From Ylistrum balloti (taxonomy: Eukaryota), in contig NW_026782308.1 of assembly GCF_031769215.1 (NCBI RefSeq), positions 372,001 through 436,000 of the forward strand: a stretch of 64,000 bases of DNA. The letters run 5' to 3'. A program made the translations under genes and the position numbers. The notes under the pieces were generated by a model, which saw only the letters and a list, made by a program, of their open reading frames with translations, was not told the DNA's origin and did not search any database. Numbering within the stretch: the first letter of the stretch is position 1; each line of letters starts with the position of its first letter. Below are positions 39,329 to 54,212 of this stretch, one piece after another.

Positions 39329-42300
39329 TCAGGATGATGGTATGTAAGGCTTTACCAATATGGCGGGGACTTGGTTTTTGTTAGTAATAATGCGAGTGAA
39401 CTCGCCATCTGGGTAGACTACCGTGGGACTGGAGTCCCTGAGGGGAGGACTGGACTTGCCGCTCGTGCCGAAGTAACCATGGGTACCTTGTATCTTCAGA
39501 ATTACTGTATATTTATAGCCTTTGTCGATTTTTGGTGCCGCATTAAATAAAACATCGTATAAGTTATTCTTTTTAATATCTAGTTTTCTTTTTACTTTGC
39601 CAAGCTCTTTGTTGCTTGTGTCAAAGATAGATAGGTCGGCGTCGTAGATTTCGTCAGAGTACGCACTGCCATCAATCTGCACTCCATATACAAGGACCTG
39701 TCGAGAAGCAGAGAAAGAAATGGCTGTCTCTTCGTTGTGGATACAGCTCACTGGTCCAAACCGCCAATGGAGGACGTGGTTTTCGCCTGCTGATCGCTTC
39801 TCCGATTTGAATTTCGTCTCGCCATCACTTTTGCCGGAGAAATATTCCCTGATGTCTCTGACCTCATCAGTATTTAAAATGTCTGAACGCAACACGTCAT
39901 TATTTATGTAGTTAGTTGACATTAAAGGAAACCGGATGTACTTCAGCATGCCACCGATTATTCTCCTCTGATTCCTGCCTGTCACCGGTAATTCTTGTCG
40001 CATGCACTCCATTTCAGACCACCGCATCAATGCATCAAAGACAACCTCTTCTTTCACGGCGAGTTCGTCGGCTTGGATGATCTCTCTTGCGACTGGATCT
40101 GGTAAATCCGAGAAATTATTTGACCGTAAAACTTCTTTTGGGTGACGAAAAATGAAATCCAGACATTTTTTCTTAAGTTCGTGTTCATCAAACTGGTATG
40201 CTTGTCGTATAACCTCACAAACATTCTCAACCGAGATACCGCGTTCGAGGATGCGCACGCACTTTTCCTCGAGAGCATCGATACCGTACTTCCGGGCGGC
40301 GTAAAGTAAATATGGAGCGTTCTTTAAGTCGACCTTAGTGTCTTCACAGTACATGAACCTGTGGAGAAAGGAGGAATGGTTGTAGACAATTGTTGTAGAG
40401 TTAATGTGATCAATATGAGATCGATATACAGATGGTCAATACTCAAAACTTGTAACAACTCTCTAGCTCTAGGTAACATGCTCAATAATATATGAATGTA
40501 AGTATTTCCACATGAGAATTTTACAATGCACTCACAACAATGCTTCAATGCACCCCTACTGATTTCATTTTTGTAACAGTGACAATTTTATAAGTTATTT
40601 TTCGTTTTGGTCCATGGACACCATTGTTGATGTTCCACCATACTATGTATTGTACAAAAGACAAATTATTTACACCTTTCAAACAAATTATTAGATATTG
40701 TAGAATCAAATGATGAATTGAACTGCACATACTGCTCTGTCGTCCTTCTACGACTGAACTCGTTATGTTGAAACATTTTGACACTTCCATTAAATCGGAT
40801 ATATTGGTTATCCACTATAATGACAATGTAAAGGTTTCCAACTATTTTACGTGGTAAACTTACTCTAGTAATTGTTTGAATGTTTCTCTCTTAATATCAG
40901 GAATGTGGATGTATTCAGAAGTTCGCTCGGCCATTGGTCCGTGTAACATTGCACAAAATACGCAACTGCGGCTGATGAGAACATATTTATGAGCATACAC
41001 TCCACTGCGATCATCCCCCAACAAGAATGCGACGTCACAGCCAATCTCATTGTCGAACATGTGTTTGTTGGTCTCGGCCAAAGTTTTCCCAACCTGCCAG
41101 TCATAGGGTGTCGCCATATCTGGTTCCGCCTCTAAAACATTCAAACATTAAAGGTACACTTTTCTTATCTACTCACATAATCATGTTCTTATAATGAAAA
41201 CTAGCTTACGTATGCTATTTATTTTTCAAAATAAAATCTTTAAATGAAACGCCTTATCAACATGAAGAACTAAATAAAGTGAAACATTAACAGAGATACT
41301 GATTTTTCAAAACGATAAACCACCTTTAAAGATAAATAAGACCGGACTGCTCTTCGTTTTATCAAACGAATAACTCCGAAGAAAGTGAAAGCAAGTCGAA
41401 AAAACCAACACGTCTAGGTTAATATATTACTCGGAAACATAAATTTAAGAAAAAAATCAATGTTAAAATGGTAGCGTGATGTCGTTTTGTTACTGCATGT
41501 AAAATACAAGTTATGGAAGCAGAGCCCACTTAATATTGAATATCAATCAATGATATCAGTGGACATTCATTAAAAGAGGGCGTATTTAGCTTAAAAAATA
41601 TTTTCAAGGTTGAACTGATTTCAACGGTAATCGAATGTAACTCCAAGAATTGTACAAACGATACCCAAGTTGATAGCGACTTCCCATAGGAATGTTGAAT
41701 AAGATACGACAGAGCATAATGATAAAATCAACTACATCATACTGCCGTTTTGTCCCTGGTCAGTGATGCTAAGGGACTTAATTTTGAAGCCAAAAAGTCG
41801 ACTGAGTGAAATCAAACTTTATCGAAAAATTGTCTCAAAAGAACGTCAAGTACATGCGGTATATGGTATATTCTGAACCGTGCCACTATTCCTGTGAAGC
41901 AAAATATGGCATGAAGGTAAAGGCAATTTTCATTTTACAAATTGTCCACCGGTATTTATAAAGGACACACATGGTGACAAAACCCCAGTCCTGCGTGTCA
42001 GTATATGAAACTCTGTAAATGACATACCGTTAACGTTTACGTGTTTGTTTTGATATTATTTTAGCGGTTTTCGCGCTTGAAATATTGCTCTAATTGTGAT
42101 ATTGAGCTTGGTTACTTATTGGGTATGGCCGGGCATTCAAGGATCACTCGTTTGCTGTCAGGCGTCATTAAAACAGATTTCCAATCCTGAGGTGCACTAA
42201 ACAAACAGAGAGTGGCAGATAGTTTGTAAGTGAGGATGATTGGGGCATTCAAGGATCGCTTTGTTCCTGTTGGTGGCCATTAAATAGCTGAAAGGTGGTA

Positions 42301-44028
42301 GTTGGTTTATTGGGTTGGATTTAGCACTACCACGGATCAATGAAGGCAGACATATCCGCGTGTTTGTGCTCACTTCCTCCAGCTCTTGTATGACATGTAT
42401 AACGGAACAATATAATCAAATTATTGATTTTCAAATACGGAATGACCTGGCACAAAACATACAGTAATCTCAATACTTTTCAATAGATATTATTCTTTCC
42501 AGCATTACAGAAGACAAATTCAAATTACAGAGGACAAACTCAATCTGTTTATGTCTGTATTTCCACACAAAACACAGTGTAAGTTAACGGGACAACCCTT
42601 CGAGACAAAGGAAATGTGTATCACAACATTAATAGGGCCGAAATTCCGAAGGAAATTCACGATGACACAGCAATGATACCGCTATTTTTAAATACAACGA
42701 CAATAGGACATACACTATGTTAAGGCATATCGGAGCTGATCATTCACAAACAAGACAAAAGTTTACTTTAGGGTGCCAATTTAGAGACAATCCTTGTTAG
42801 TAAGGTTTCCACGATACTTGTCTCTGTGAGATAGATTCTCAAACTCAAAACAAATGATATTTGCCGCTAAACAAGAATTAAGTACAATAAGGTTACTCAT
42901 AAAATAAAAAAAAACATATACCCAAAGGCTGCCATACAAAAAGTACAGAAAAATAGTGTCAAATTAAGTCTGAACAATATTTCCTGTCGGAATGATCAAA
43001 GACATATTATTAATATCGATAAATATCGATATGACCACATGTGTTCGATTTCAAAATAAATATCTTGAAATCAATCGCCAGAAGTATGATAATTTCTATA
43101 AACGTCGGTATTTACTCTCTATATACAATTTCTGTCATATCTGCCTTCAGGCAAATTACAAAGTATTTTTGTTACCTCTAATAAAAACGTTCAAAGTATT
43201 TCATTTCTTTTGTACATGATGAACATTTTACGGTAACACTACAAAGTATTTCATTTCTTCTGTACATGATGAACATTTTACGGTAACACTACAAAGTATT
43301 TCATTTCTTCTGTACATGATGAACATTTTACGGTAACACTACAAAGTATTTCATTTCTTCTGTACATGATGAACATTTTACGGTAACACTACAAAGTATT
43401 TCATTTCTTCTGTACATTATGAACATTTTACGGTAACACTACAAAGTATTTCATTTCTTCTGTACATGATGAAAATTGCGTTTAGTAGAAATAATTTCTG
43501 ATTCATTTCCTTCGTACCGCCAGGTAATGCTATAACAAAGTATATAATGCTTGTCTCATGTCTTGAGTACATCATTTTTGTTGAATTAACGAATATTTTT
43601 TTGTAAAATTTACAAAATACTACAATTTTTGTTAATTTCATGAGCATACTTAATTTCCACAACAACAGAGTGCAATATATATATATATAAATCATATACA
43701 CAGTCACGTCTTGAAAATACGTAAGGATTGATTTTAACTTTGTTGGCTGGAGTACAAATTGTATTTATGCCGTTAGTCCATCCTTAAAATCTGCTTCCAA
43801 GTGACGTTGAATTAGAATAATACCTGTCCTGATAAGCATATCGATCAGTACACATTTTACCTAGCACGACTACATTATATTATGGTATATTGGTTATGTT
43901 ACAATTGGTATTATAATTACAGCCTCTCTCGTCATACATGATGCAGATAAATATATATATAGTCATGCTACGCATGGTTACTTACCGCTGTTTGAGAAAA
44001 GTTCAGTATTTTTTGTTTCCATCTTCAT
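39329..44028 (-). CDS. BTB/POZ-BACK-PHR domain protein (BTBD1/2/3/6-like), 446 aa; exons 44028-43986, 41131-40864, 40358-39329
   Basis: BTB: DWQ...CDVAFLLG...YAHKYVLISRSCVFCAMLHGPMAE...IHIPDI...F..LLE|FMYCE...LLYAARKY. BACK: ENVCEV...CLDFI...EEVVFDALMRW...IRFPLM. Diverged PHR-like C-terminus. Splice phases 1 and 2 join in frame (1341 nt). The first exon is the least certain part. Confidence 0.88.
43192..43472. repeat. 50-bp tandem repeat, ~5.6 copies, in intron 1 of the BTB gene
   Basis: Unit caaagtatttcatttcttctgtacatgatgaacattttacggtaacacta. Confidence 0.95.
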
Positions 44029-44042
44029 TAAATACACCGACA

Positions 44043-44079
44043 GAGTGATTCATCGGTGGGATTCTATACTTTATATATA
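44043..44079 (-). promoter_or_regulatory. TATA box + initiator of the BTB gene
   Basis: Minus-strand TATATATAAAG (44079-44069) lies 29-31 nt upstream of Inr-like TCACTC (A at 44046), which is 18 nt before the ATG at 44028. Confidence 0.6.
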
Positions 44080-45544
44080 GTGTCATTAACTACATACCTT
44101 CTATGACCGGGTGTGCCATCTTAATCGTGTCGTCTGCTAACTCACGTGCCATTATTCTTCCGGTAAACCAAGATCAGTTGTCATTATTCGTTTGAACGTG
44201 AAATTTTTGGTTCTTTGTGAGCCACACTATGTTTCTTAATGCATTGTATATTGATTATACCTGTACAGACTGGTCGTTACTCTATAGTTAAACACCTGAC
44301 AAAGCCTAGGTTAATCATTACAATGTACTCACATACAACGCTTAGTGAATGGTGTAGTATTAAAGTGCCCTAACCACTCATTTTATATAGCAAAAGTCTT
44401 CTTCAACGTTAAAATCACGCATATTTAACAACACCATTAAAACACAAGCCGACATCGTGTGTGATCATATACACTATATATATCGTTTAATTCCCATTAA
44501 TCAACAACAATGACATATTAACACAAAACCTGAACTCAAAGACAAAACATCGATGAAATGAGGGAAAATATGAAGACAAAACCATTTATATGGCGTCCAT
44601 TGCGAATAAGACACGGCGGCGTCCTCATAGTTAGTGAATGAGGTATGCTGTAATTGGTTTGAATCTAGGTTGTGCTTTTTCGTTTATTCTTTTTTCTAAC
44701 CATGTATTGTTGTATTGTGTGAATAGAAACAAAATCGCACACGGTTCTACGTTTTTTTAATAGAAATTCCTATAGCACATGTACCCAGTCAGTGAAAAAT
44801 ATAATAATGAAATTCAATGTTGCAGTTCAAGTAATACGTTCTAAAAATACGCTTAAAATCAAATTTTAATTCAACACGATGAGATCCAATTAAATGCTAA
44901 AAAAATCAATACAAAAATATCCTGGTCTAGATGTGTATCTCGTTACAGGGCCCTATAAATGGTATTAGAATTTTATCGAATTGTTATTGACCTATTTCTG
45001 ACTGCTAAATTTATTTCCATCCAGGTAATTTTAAATGTATCTCTATTGTAATTAACTATAATTACCTACAGGTATATCGGTCTACCCCTGTGTGTCTGTT
45101 GGTCGTATTCCATGTACAGGTATGATTAAACCTGCTTTTAAGGATCATTACTCACACAAAAAAAGAAGGAAAAAAGAAGTAAACATATCAGTTTAATTAG
45201 CACATAATGACAACATTTTAAATTAATATGGAAAACTGTAAACTGAACGGGTCGTAAGAAAGAGTGTTTAGAACCAACAATTTACAGGTAAAGTACACCC
45301 TCCCTAACCCTTATAAATAGCGGAAATAGCGACATTGTGGTACCGAGAACAGAATCTATTTCTTCGACAATAACAGGAAAAGACATGTTGAATTCCATGA
45401 CTCTCACAAGCTGCAAGAGAGGGAACGAAAGCTTTCTTCTTCCCTAACATTTTTCCATCTTTATCACCCTCCATTATTCTCATAAGCAACGGTAAGAGAG
45501 ACGAATGTTGAAGGTACTGGTTTTCTCCTCAGTCTGTGTCAACC

Positions 45545-45806
45545 TTATACAACCATAGGGAAGCGAAAGATACCATAGTTAACATCACATACAACCAGAG
45601 AGAAGCGGAAAGTATCCTTCATAACTTCACATACAACCAGAAAGAAGCGGAAAGCACCCTTCATAACTTCACATACAACCAGAGAAACCTTCATAACTTC
45701 ACATACAACCAGAGAAAAGCGGAAAGTACCCTTCATAACTTCACATACAACCAGAGAAAAGCGGAATGTACCCTTCATAATTTCGCATACAACCAGAGAA
45801 AAGCAA
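45545..45806. repeat. 42-bp tandem repeat, ~6 copies
   Basis: Unit cttcataacttcacatacaaccagagaaaagcggaaagtacc; one unit is shortened. Confidence 0.92.
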
Positions 45807-45889
45807 ACGGAGAGAGCATTCTGCCTTCAATTTAGCATGTTAGGTGATTAAAATTAATTTCGTTTCGAAGATATTCAATCGTCAATTAA

Positions 45890-46450
45890 ATGGTCAGAGA
45901 TCAAGCTGTATGACAAACGCGATGATTTCAATTTTCCTCTTGTGAATGTTCCATTTCTAGATAGCAATATCCCTTCAGCTCCAACCTATAGTGTTAACAT
46001 GTTACAGTTGGTTCTGTTCCCATAATCACGATTTTCGCGCGAGAAGTCGTCAACTGACTGACAAGCTCGTAACAGAGGGTTTCGAAAGATGCAGGCTGAT
46101 GAAAATTATGGAGAATTTTATGGTCGCTATAGGGATCTCATTGAGAAATATTCTATGTATTTTATATGATATGAAGTTGGACGTATTTGATGCTTGTTAT
46201 TTTGCCTGTAGGTTCCGTTGTTGTATACATTGATCTTATGTTACAACATGATGTTACTTTATTGGATTTCTCAATGTTTACAAGGTAGGTGTCGTCGATG
46301 AAGCAGCAGACGCTTACTCTTCCGGAACACCTGGTCTTATACTCTTTCTTCTTTTTCGAGTCTCCGATTAAATCGTTCTTTTGCTCATATTTTGCCCTAG
46401 TTTTATGGAATTTGCGGGTGGGTAATGATTATGGTAACATGCTTGTGTTT
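45890..46450 (+). mobile_element. 3' fragment of a Penelope-like element
   Basis: KLYDKRDDFNFPLVNVPFLDSNIPSAPTY, then the tail gtcgtcgatgaagcagcagacgcttactcttccggaacacctgg. Confidence 0.85.
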
Positions 46451-48739
46451 TCTTGGTGTATCTTTTCTACCAGTAATTCTGATCATCTGAAAATATATTC
46501 TGTCCAATAGCTTTGAATCCAAAAATCTGATACACTGTGGATAGGATAAAAATACTGCAGAACTGACATTCTCATTAGATAAATGAACGTTTCAACTCTT
46601 CTCCGCGCCATTGACACGCCTCATGTCACTTAATGCACCCTGGCTCTATATCCAAGAGAGTTTGTAACGAAATGCGAACGACCTAACTGAAATTTTGAGC
46701 ATATTTTAAAGAATTTAATTTCACAATATACCTTACTTAAAGTTATTTACATGAAGTGTTCCAGTATACATTACCTACCGCCTGAAAAAGAAGTGTCAAA
46801 TTATTGAAGATATTGCTGATTTAAAAGCGACCAACGCTGCAAAAACTATTGAATGCACTGAATATTTGAATGCAATCAGTATTGCTGTCCAATACAATAC
46901 ACTGGAGCAATCACTGTTACCCAGTTATCGATAAGTGTCTATGACTAATGACAATTTAAAACAAACGTGACCTGTACGTGAAAATGCACGCAATAACAAA
47001 CAAATGATCGTTAATATGATATCTGCGAAATATTTTCAGTTCTCCTGTGTAATGTGAAGTTCGGAGTTGTTGGCACATGTTAATATTTTGTTGTTTTTTT
47101 AAAAACAATATCCTCTCTAAAGAAGGTTTGACGATATATCGCGCTATTGGTTTTTCCCTTTGTATTACAATTACGATTCGTTTTTGTCGGGTTTTGCTGT
47201 TGTCATCATTATAAATTAATGCAATTGATCGGAACTCGATGTCGGTAAGTGCAATTCTGTTATCCTGATGTACTAGATAACATTATTTATTATGTAATTA
47301 AATACACTCCACAGGAATTGTTTACACTTGTAGTCTATCATCACCAAATCTGCACCATATACACGCACAAAGAATTAAAACGGATCAACATAGACAACAA
47401 TCCTGTCATAAATTGATTGATATCCGAAACACCTGCGTCTGTCATAGAAGAAGATCGTCCATTCCAACACAGAACAAATAGGTAGGCTCCCTGCCAACAT
47501 TCTAGTTCATTATCGCGTTAAAGTACGCCCGGGAGTGTATTATTCTGGTGTGCAATATACATGTAATTAAAACCAATACTTATTAATTTGTTTCTGTAAT
47601 GATTAACGCCGATATCTTATGACAGTGTGTGAAAGTCATTGTTGAAAAGAATTGTACAAATGACACACGTTTAACATTGGATACAGTAGAACCAAATAAT
47701 GCCGTAAACTGCATCATACAACTGTTTTGTCCTTCTAGAACTCGTCGGTGATGTCAGGGGCCTAAAGTTTTGAAAACAAAAAGTTTACTATGTTTCTAGC
47801 CATTATAATTTCAAATTGTCATTTGTCTGGAAACACCTCTGGTTTGGCTGGTGTGACAACCAAGTGTAATGGTTATAAAGAAATGGCATTTGCGGTTAAA
47901 CCGACTGAATTTTGAGGGTTTTTTTGTTACTCGGCGTTCTTATATGTTAATCTGTGTTTATCTTATTACAAAGAATTATTCTTAAAACGATGTATCGCGT
48001 TATGACACAAAACTTGTTGTCCAAGCACGTAACAATGCCAAACAAGGTCCTACACTTTTTTTTGTGTAAAGATCAATATAAAACCACGCAATATACATCA
48101 ATATATATATATATACTATCGTTTATCAGGGTACACGAGTTTTGTCAAATCAGAATACTCAAACGCAATAGGTTCACTCACTCATCATACCGAAATATGA
48201 CCGAACTTATATATATATTATATATATATATAACCAATATACAGTAACAATTCAATGTCACGCATTATCATGTTTGTTTTCTATCAAATTAGATTTTTTC
48301 ATTGATACATATCTTTAATTTGGCAGCAGTGATCGTTTTTAAATCTCCCGGGTATCGCTAACGATTCTTCAGGATTTGGGATAAGCTGAAAACACACTAA
48401 TTTGAAATAACCTACACGTCGTGGTAGGCAAAAAAGGCAGATTCACCCATGGGAACATAATCCTTTGGAAACTTTTGATAAAAACTTTTCAAAAATAATA
48501 TCGGTTTCAATAAAAGAGTAGAGTACGTCATTGAAGGGTTCAATACACATATTTGACAGTCAAATGAAATCGGGGTTTGACCCCCTCACGAAGGTTATCA
48601 AGATCAGTGCCTCCTAGCGGAACGGTTAAGAATACCGGTAAAAGATAAGATGGTACCTTGTTTATAAATATAGAATTGTTTGATCTCAGATAATCAGATT
48701 TAAACACGACAATACCAACTATTGCCACGATAACATCCT

Positions 48740-48772
48740 TACCTGTACAACCAGGGGGCGCTGGTACAGGTA
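48740..48772 (+). promoter_or_regulatory. CTCF-consensus motif within a short inverted repeat
   Basis: ACCAGGGGGCGCTG matches the CTCF core and is flanked by tacctgta...tacaggta. Confidence 0.45.
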
Positions 48773-51700
48773 TATATATACGTTACCACGGGTCATTGTG
48801 CCCAGGGCTAAATTAATTATCAAATTAATTATGAGGACTTGTTGACATTAGCCAGGTATTCTTAGTGGCTAACCAATGATTCGATAGAGTTAAAATTAGT
48901 GAGATTTTGAGATTTTGAGTGTTAATCTGATTATAAGGTGTGCTATAACTTGGATTGCAGATGTACTTTTAGCATATTTATGTTTTCTTACAAATACCTA
49001 CCAGTCACGAAATACGAGACACCCTTCTTATCGATATTCTTTCATCTGTTAACACAAACGATTGTATTTTGTCGATACAACTGTCAAGAGGAGGGGGGAT
49101 ATTTTTTACAATTGTAGACACTTTGTGAAAAAATGGACCGCAAGAGATTAAGCTCAGTTATCCTAGTTTACCGAAAACTGAAATAGTTATTACAGTACAT
49201 GTATCTAATTTTCAAACAATAAAGGAAAAGAAAAGAAGTTAGAGAGAGAATTGATTTAAAGATTAAACTAAATCTTGATTCAAAATCGATTATGCGGCCG
49301 AGCATTGAAATGAGGCCTTCGATGAAATACAGAATAAGAATGATAAGGAAGGATAATTTCTATGTCAAGCTTGAATTCATACACACGCAACAAATTTTCT
49401 TTTGAATTATGCAACGATTTGGATTTTCCTTAATCGCGTCCTAAGATTCAACAAATTAGGGCCTTAGAGTCCAAAAGGGATAAAACATCTGTATGATACA
49501 GTTTAAGTATTAGGCTTTTCTCTGTCTAATTTTAGATTTGTATTGTATGGTGATATTCATTTGTGCGTGCGCGGTTTTTTTTAACCATCTTCTATTGGAA
49601 TTCTGCTAATCTCTCCTCAAAACATACAATTACTTTTTCTAAAATGCTTTAATAGTAATCAAACTGTTAAAGTTGCAGAAGTAACAAAAAATAAAAACAA
49701 AGAAACGATCCGGTTATATGGTCTAAGTATGATGCGTCAATTCAAAAGGAACGACATCTAAAACTCTTATTGATAGACAAAAAAATCAGATTGGTTTTCA
49801 GAACTTATAAGGATTATTGGTGCCCATACTAAAAAGTGTGGTAGTTGCCATGTAAGTTGATCTTTGATCTTGTGTGACGTTATATAATACTGGGTGATTT
49901 AATTATCTTTTACCATGTTTCTTTCTTTGAGTGCGCGACATTTGTCATCTGACTTTTACTTTTACTATCACTTAAGGAGGATGTGATCCTATTGTCTTTC
50001 TTATATTGACGAACTCGTAATTCTTTATAATTCAATCCATTCTAAATTAAAATCAAACCTTTTTGATCGAGAGACCTAGTACTGTATAGTACTATTATGT
50101 AAAGTTTTGTTATGGGAATGTTTAGTATATAAGGAACTTTTAACAGATACCATGTTTATGTAAACCGATGCTGTAAAATATTACATTCTGAAAATTTGAC
50201 AATTCTTACCCGCAATCTGATTTCCTACTTCTCATACAAGGTTTTAAATTGTCTTGAAACAGACAAATAAGAGAGAGCAATTCAGTTATATTATTGTTTC
50301 GCTTTGCATGTTCCTTTCTAATTCGAATCGCACACAATCACTTCGATCGAATATGTATATATCAAACCTAAATTTTATTATCACTGACAAAGTAGTTTGA
50401 AGTTTGTACTTCATTGATCTGAAGTACAAGATAAGAAAATCTGGTAAATAAGATATGTTTATATATCGTTATTTTATTATTATAATATTTCCGCACTGTT
50501 AATTCTTTTCGTCAAATATCTTAATTATTTCGGTAACAGAAGATGATATGAATAAATAACGGGAATCTGAATAAAAATTTGATTAGACATATTTTCTAAA
50601 GCTTGTAAATTGAATACGTGTGTGATTCTCCCACGTCGAATCTCCTACTGTCTATTTACTTCACGATTTACTATAATTACTGTACGTTACGATAATGATC
50701 GAGAGTTCACTCTTTGGATATTTCTAATCAGTCCAGGAGTGAAAAATGTTCTATAAGAACTTTGAAATATTTCATTGTATACAAATACACAGTAATACAG
50801 TAATATGGTCTACTTTCAATTACAAAGAGTAGGGGTAGTAAGTATTTAAACTTTTTCTCTAACAACACCATTCTATTTAATTGTAATGCACGTTAAAATG
50901 GATTCCTTTCACACGGTAGAAAATACATAATTCCCAGATAAACATAATTATATCATTCAATTATATCACTCACATACAACACCTATCTCGTATAGAAGAT
51001 GGTTTATTGGATATACTGATTCCATAACAGAGTTTCCTTTAGCTCACTTTGAGAATATCATATTCATGCACTATGTAAACATCCATTCAACTGATTGGAA
51101 TTACTTGAAAAGTTATAAATATCATACACAGAGGTCGTTAAAGAAAATATATTAAAAGCAATATAGCGATTTACTACTTAACCAACACATCAGAGAAAAC
51201 ATGGATTTGGAGAAAAGTACATAATTTACAAAACACACATTGAAACATTTAAAAACGAAAGTGACCCATTGTCAATCTGTATTATAAACTAAAACAGTTT
51301 GACAAATCGGGGTCTCCAGATCGGTTCAATGACAGATCCATTTTCACTTTTTGAGGTGCTGCAGGGTTAAAGTAAATAATGGTACACTTCTGCTTTTGTA
51401 CGATATCGTTTATCGATCACATCTCAAATCTTTTCTGTCAAACAAGTTCCAGACCAGATTGAATTACACTTTTCTATTAATTGGTTTGACAATGTGTTTA
51501 AGGACAGCTTTTATCTCCTACTAAGCGAGTTACTCATTTTTTTATCATTTGCCATTAAAAAATCAGCGGGGCGTAGATAATCACACTACTGGTGGTACTA
51601 AGATAAATATAAAAAGGTTAAATAAATGTTTTCATTAGACATTTTACACTCGCATATCTGTTTCCTTTCCATTTTCAACTCAACCGACCCTGCCGATGGG

Positions 51701-54212
51701 CGATATTCGAGCCATTAAAGACGAAAACTCATCATTGTTATAATTACAACGATCGTACAAACGTCAATTATATATCATTTTACGTCTACCCGACCGCGTC
51801 AAAATATATCTTCTAGATATCCCATTTAGATAAGTAAAAAGCATGACTCCTTGTAAACATAGTATTTTCATGGAGTCAGCAATGAAAACGGGGTAGTAAC
51901 AATGTTAGCTTCGCATAAAAAGTATTACTGATTCATGTCAATATCAACATATCTTTTTAAAATCAAAAGGTACTAGTCATGGTAAAATTAGGAAAGAAGA
52001 CCCGGAATTAAAACAATTCTATGGACAAATATTGATGAAAATTTTCTGTTTTCCTTCCAAATCTGCTAATGATAAAACGGCAGTTTAACTACTAGAATCC
52101 ACAAATTCAGAAAAGGATTGAAAAGTTTTACATGTCATAACAGGAAGTACGTTTATTACAGCATATGAACAACAAAAGCCTCTCTATGAACGGAAACTGA
52201 TGACCTATTTTTTTTTAATGAAAAGCATTATCCTGTAAAAGCAAAAGCCTGTTGTCACGGATACTGACCAACCCAAAAGGTAGAGAACGTATGGTTTCAA
52301 CCTTATTTCAACATCATACCCATATATCTCTGGAGAACGATTTCATTGAAAATAAAACACATTATAAAGACACAAAAGCCTACTGTTACTATACTCCTAA
52401 AAGTCATCAGCGAAGGTTAGGAACACCTGTAGTGGTGTTGCATTTGTGTTACCAAATTTCATAACGTCATGTTTATTGCTATGTTGTTGTTTCCGAATAT
52501 TTGCTACAATATTTCTGTCATGCTGTGATGAATGAAACGTCTGTACATAATTATGTCTTCGAATAGAATTGTCCTCCGCCATCTTGTACATTACTTAAGA
52601 ATTTGACACAATTAATTGTGTATATTTGTATCCTCTATGCTGTATTGCATTTGAAAGAAATAAACTTGTAACTTGAACTTAGTTTTAAAATCAGACCGCC
52701 TTTATCGTGGGCAAAATACCTTGCCGTAATTACGTACACGCTTGCCATGGATGTAAATTCGCGTTTCATATTACAGATATAATCTTTAAAAGTTTAAATA
52801 AACTTACCTGAGACAATCCCGATGAGAGTAGATTTCTCACATTTGTGACGGCTAGCAATGATTACTGAATGATATTATATATAGCTCTCAGTGGGTAGTA
52901 TAAACACCTGTCCAGGTAGTGATTATAGTACTAGGACAGGTATGATGTACTCTAACTGTAAACCACACCTGTCCGGTGTCATATCTAATGTCACCTGTCT
53001 CACTGCCTACTTACAATATACCGTACGTCATCTATAATAATTTATATTGAAAAAATATCATATACCTACGTAGACATATTGAAAAGGTACTTTTAAGGTG
53101 CATAGTTCTAATTGATAATTGGCATGAATTGGATATCATCCTTCCACAGGGGTATGATTATAACAATTAAAATGTTCTCTTCAAATTCATATCTACTGGA
53201 ATGCTCATAGTTTACGATAAATAGGAGAGAAATATAACATTTTATTTTTTAGCAACTAAAATTGCAGTTATCATACTCAAGACTTTCGCATATTTACCAA
53301 GTGAATTGATTATTGCGACAATGCGAGTATATCACGAGTATACAACATAATGTTAAGAATTATCTAAAAATCCAATTTTAATTTAACCAGTTGAAGAACA
53401 AAATTCTGTATAGGATGATAAAAGTATCGATAACATGAAAAATTCAGACGATCAAATTAGTTAACATTTGACAAAATAGCATCGTGGATTTTAGAGAGAG
53501 GTTTGAATCTAGTAATTCTAGTACATCACGAACAGCAGATCTGAAGATGATATAAAAGTTATTAATCCCAATGGTTTAATTTTGTTATTGTCTTTTTCGA
53601 GGAAAGTTCAATTAAGATTAAGGTTTTGACATTGACTTGTACCGTTGACTAAAAAAATCGTTCTTAATTACACAGCCTTCTCGCTCGCTAAGTAACTGGA
53701 GCACGTTGTATGATTAAAATGTCAGATTCATTCTTTAACACTTACGAAAACAATTTTATACAAAGATCAAACGTTTGTGAAACTAATTAGAACGTGTTTA
53801 GAGATGATTTATGTCAGAACCAATAAGACGGAACATGTAGAAGTAAACCGATAATGTGATCTACACGGAACAGGCCCTGTATAATATAAAATTAGAATTC
53901 ACCAAAATGTAAACAGCAATTTAATTAAAAATAAAGGAAAATTCTTACTTATATCAATGTAAATCATGACATTTTACGGTTAATTTTATAATAAGTTCAT
54001 CTACAATGGAAATTACAATTATACAACTGTAGGTGGTATGTAGTTGATACCGTAATAGTTCACCTATTGCATTTACAGAGAAATGAATCAGTTTACCCTC
54101 AGGTACTCACACGTACCGTTTAATCATGTCTACCTTTCAAATTAAACATGTACCCGTTATTTAACTATGATAAAGTATATATGAAAAAATAAAAGGTATA
54201 TCAAAAGAACTT

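Noticed and set aside
4794-44028. Functional cluster of proteostasis genes (Derlin, E2, CUL3 adaptor)
   Set aside because: The genes are 9-12 kb apart, act in different pathways, and such genes are common; without synteny data the proximity is unremarkable.
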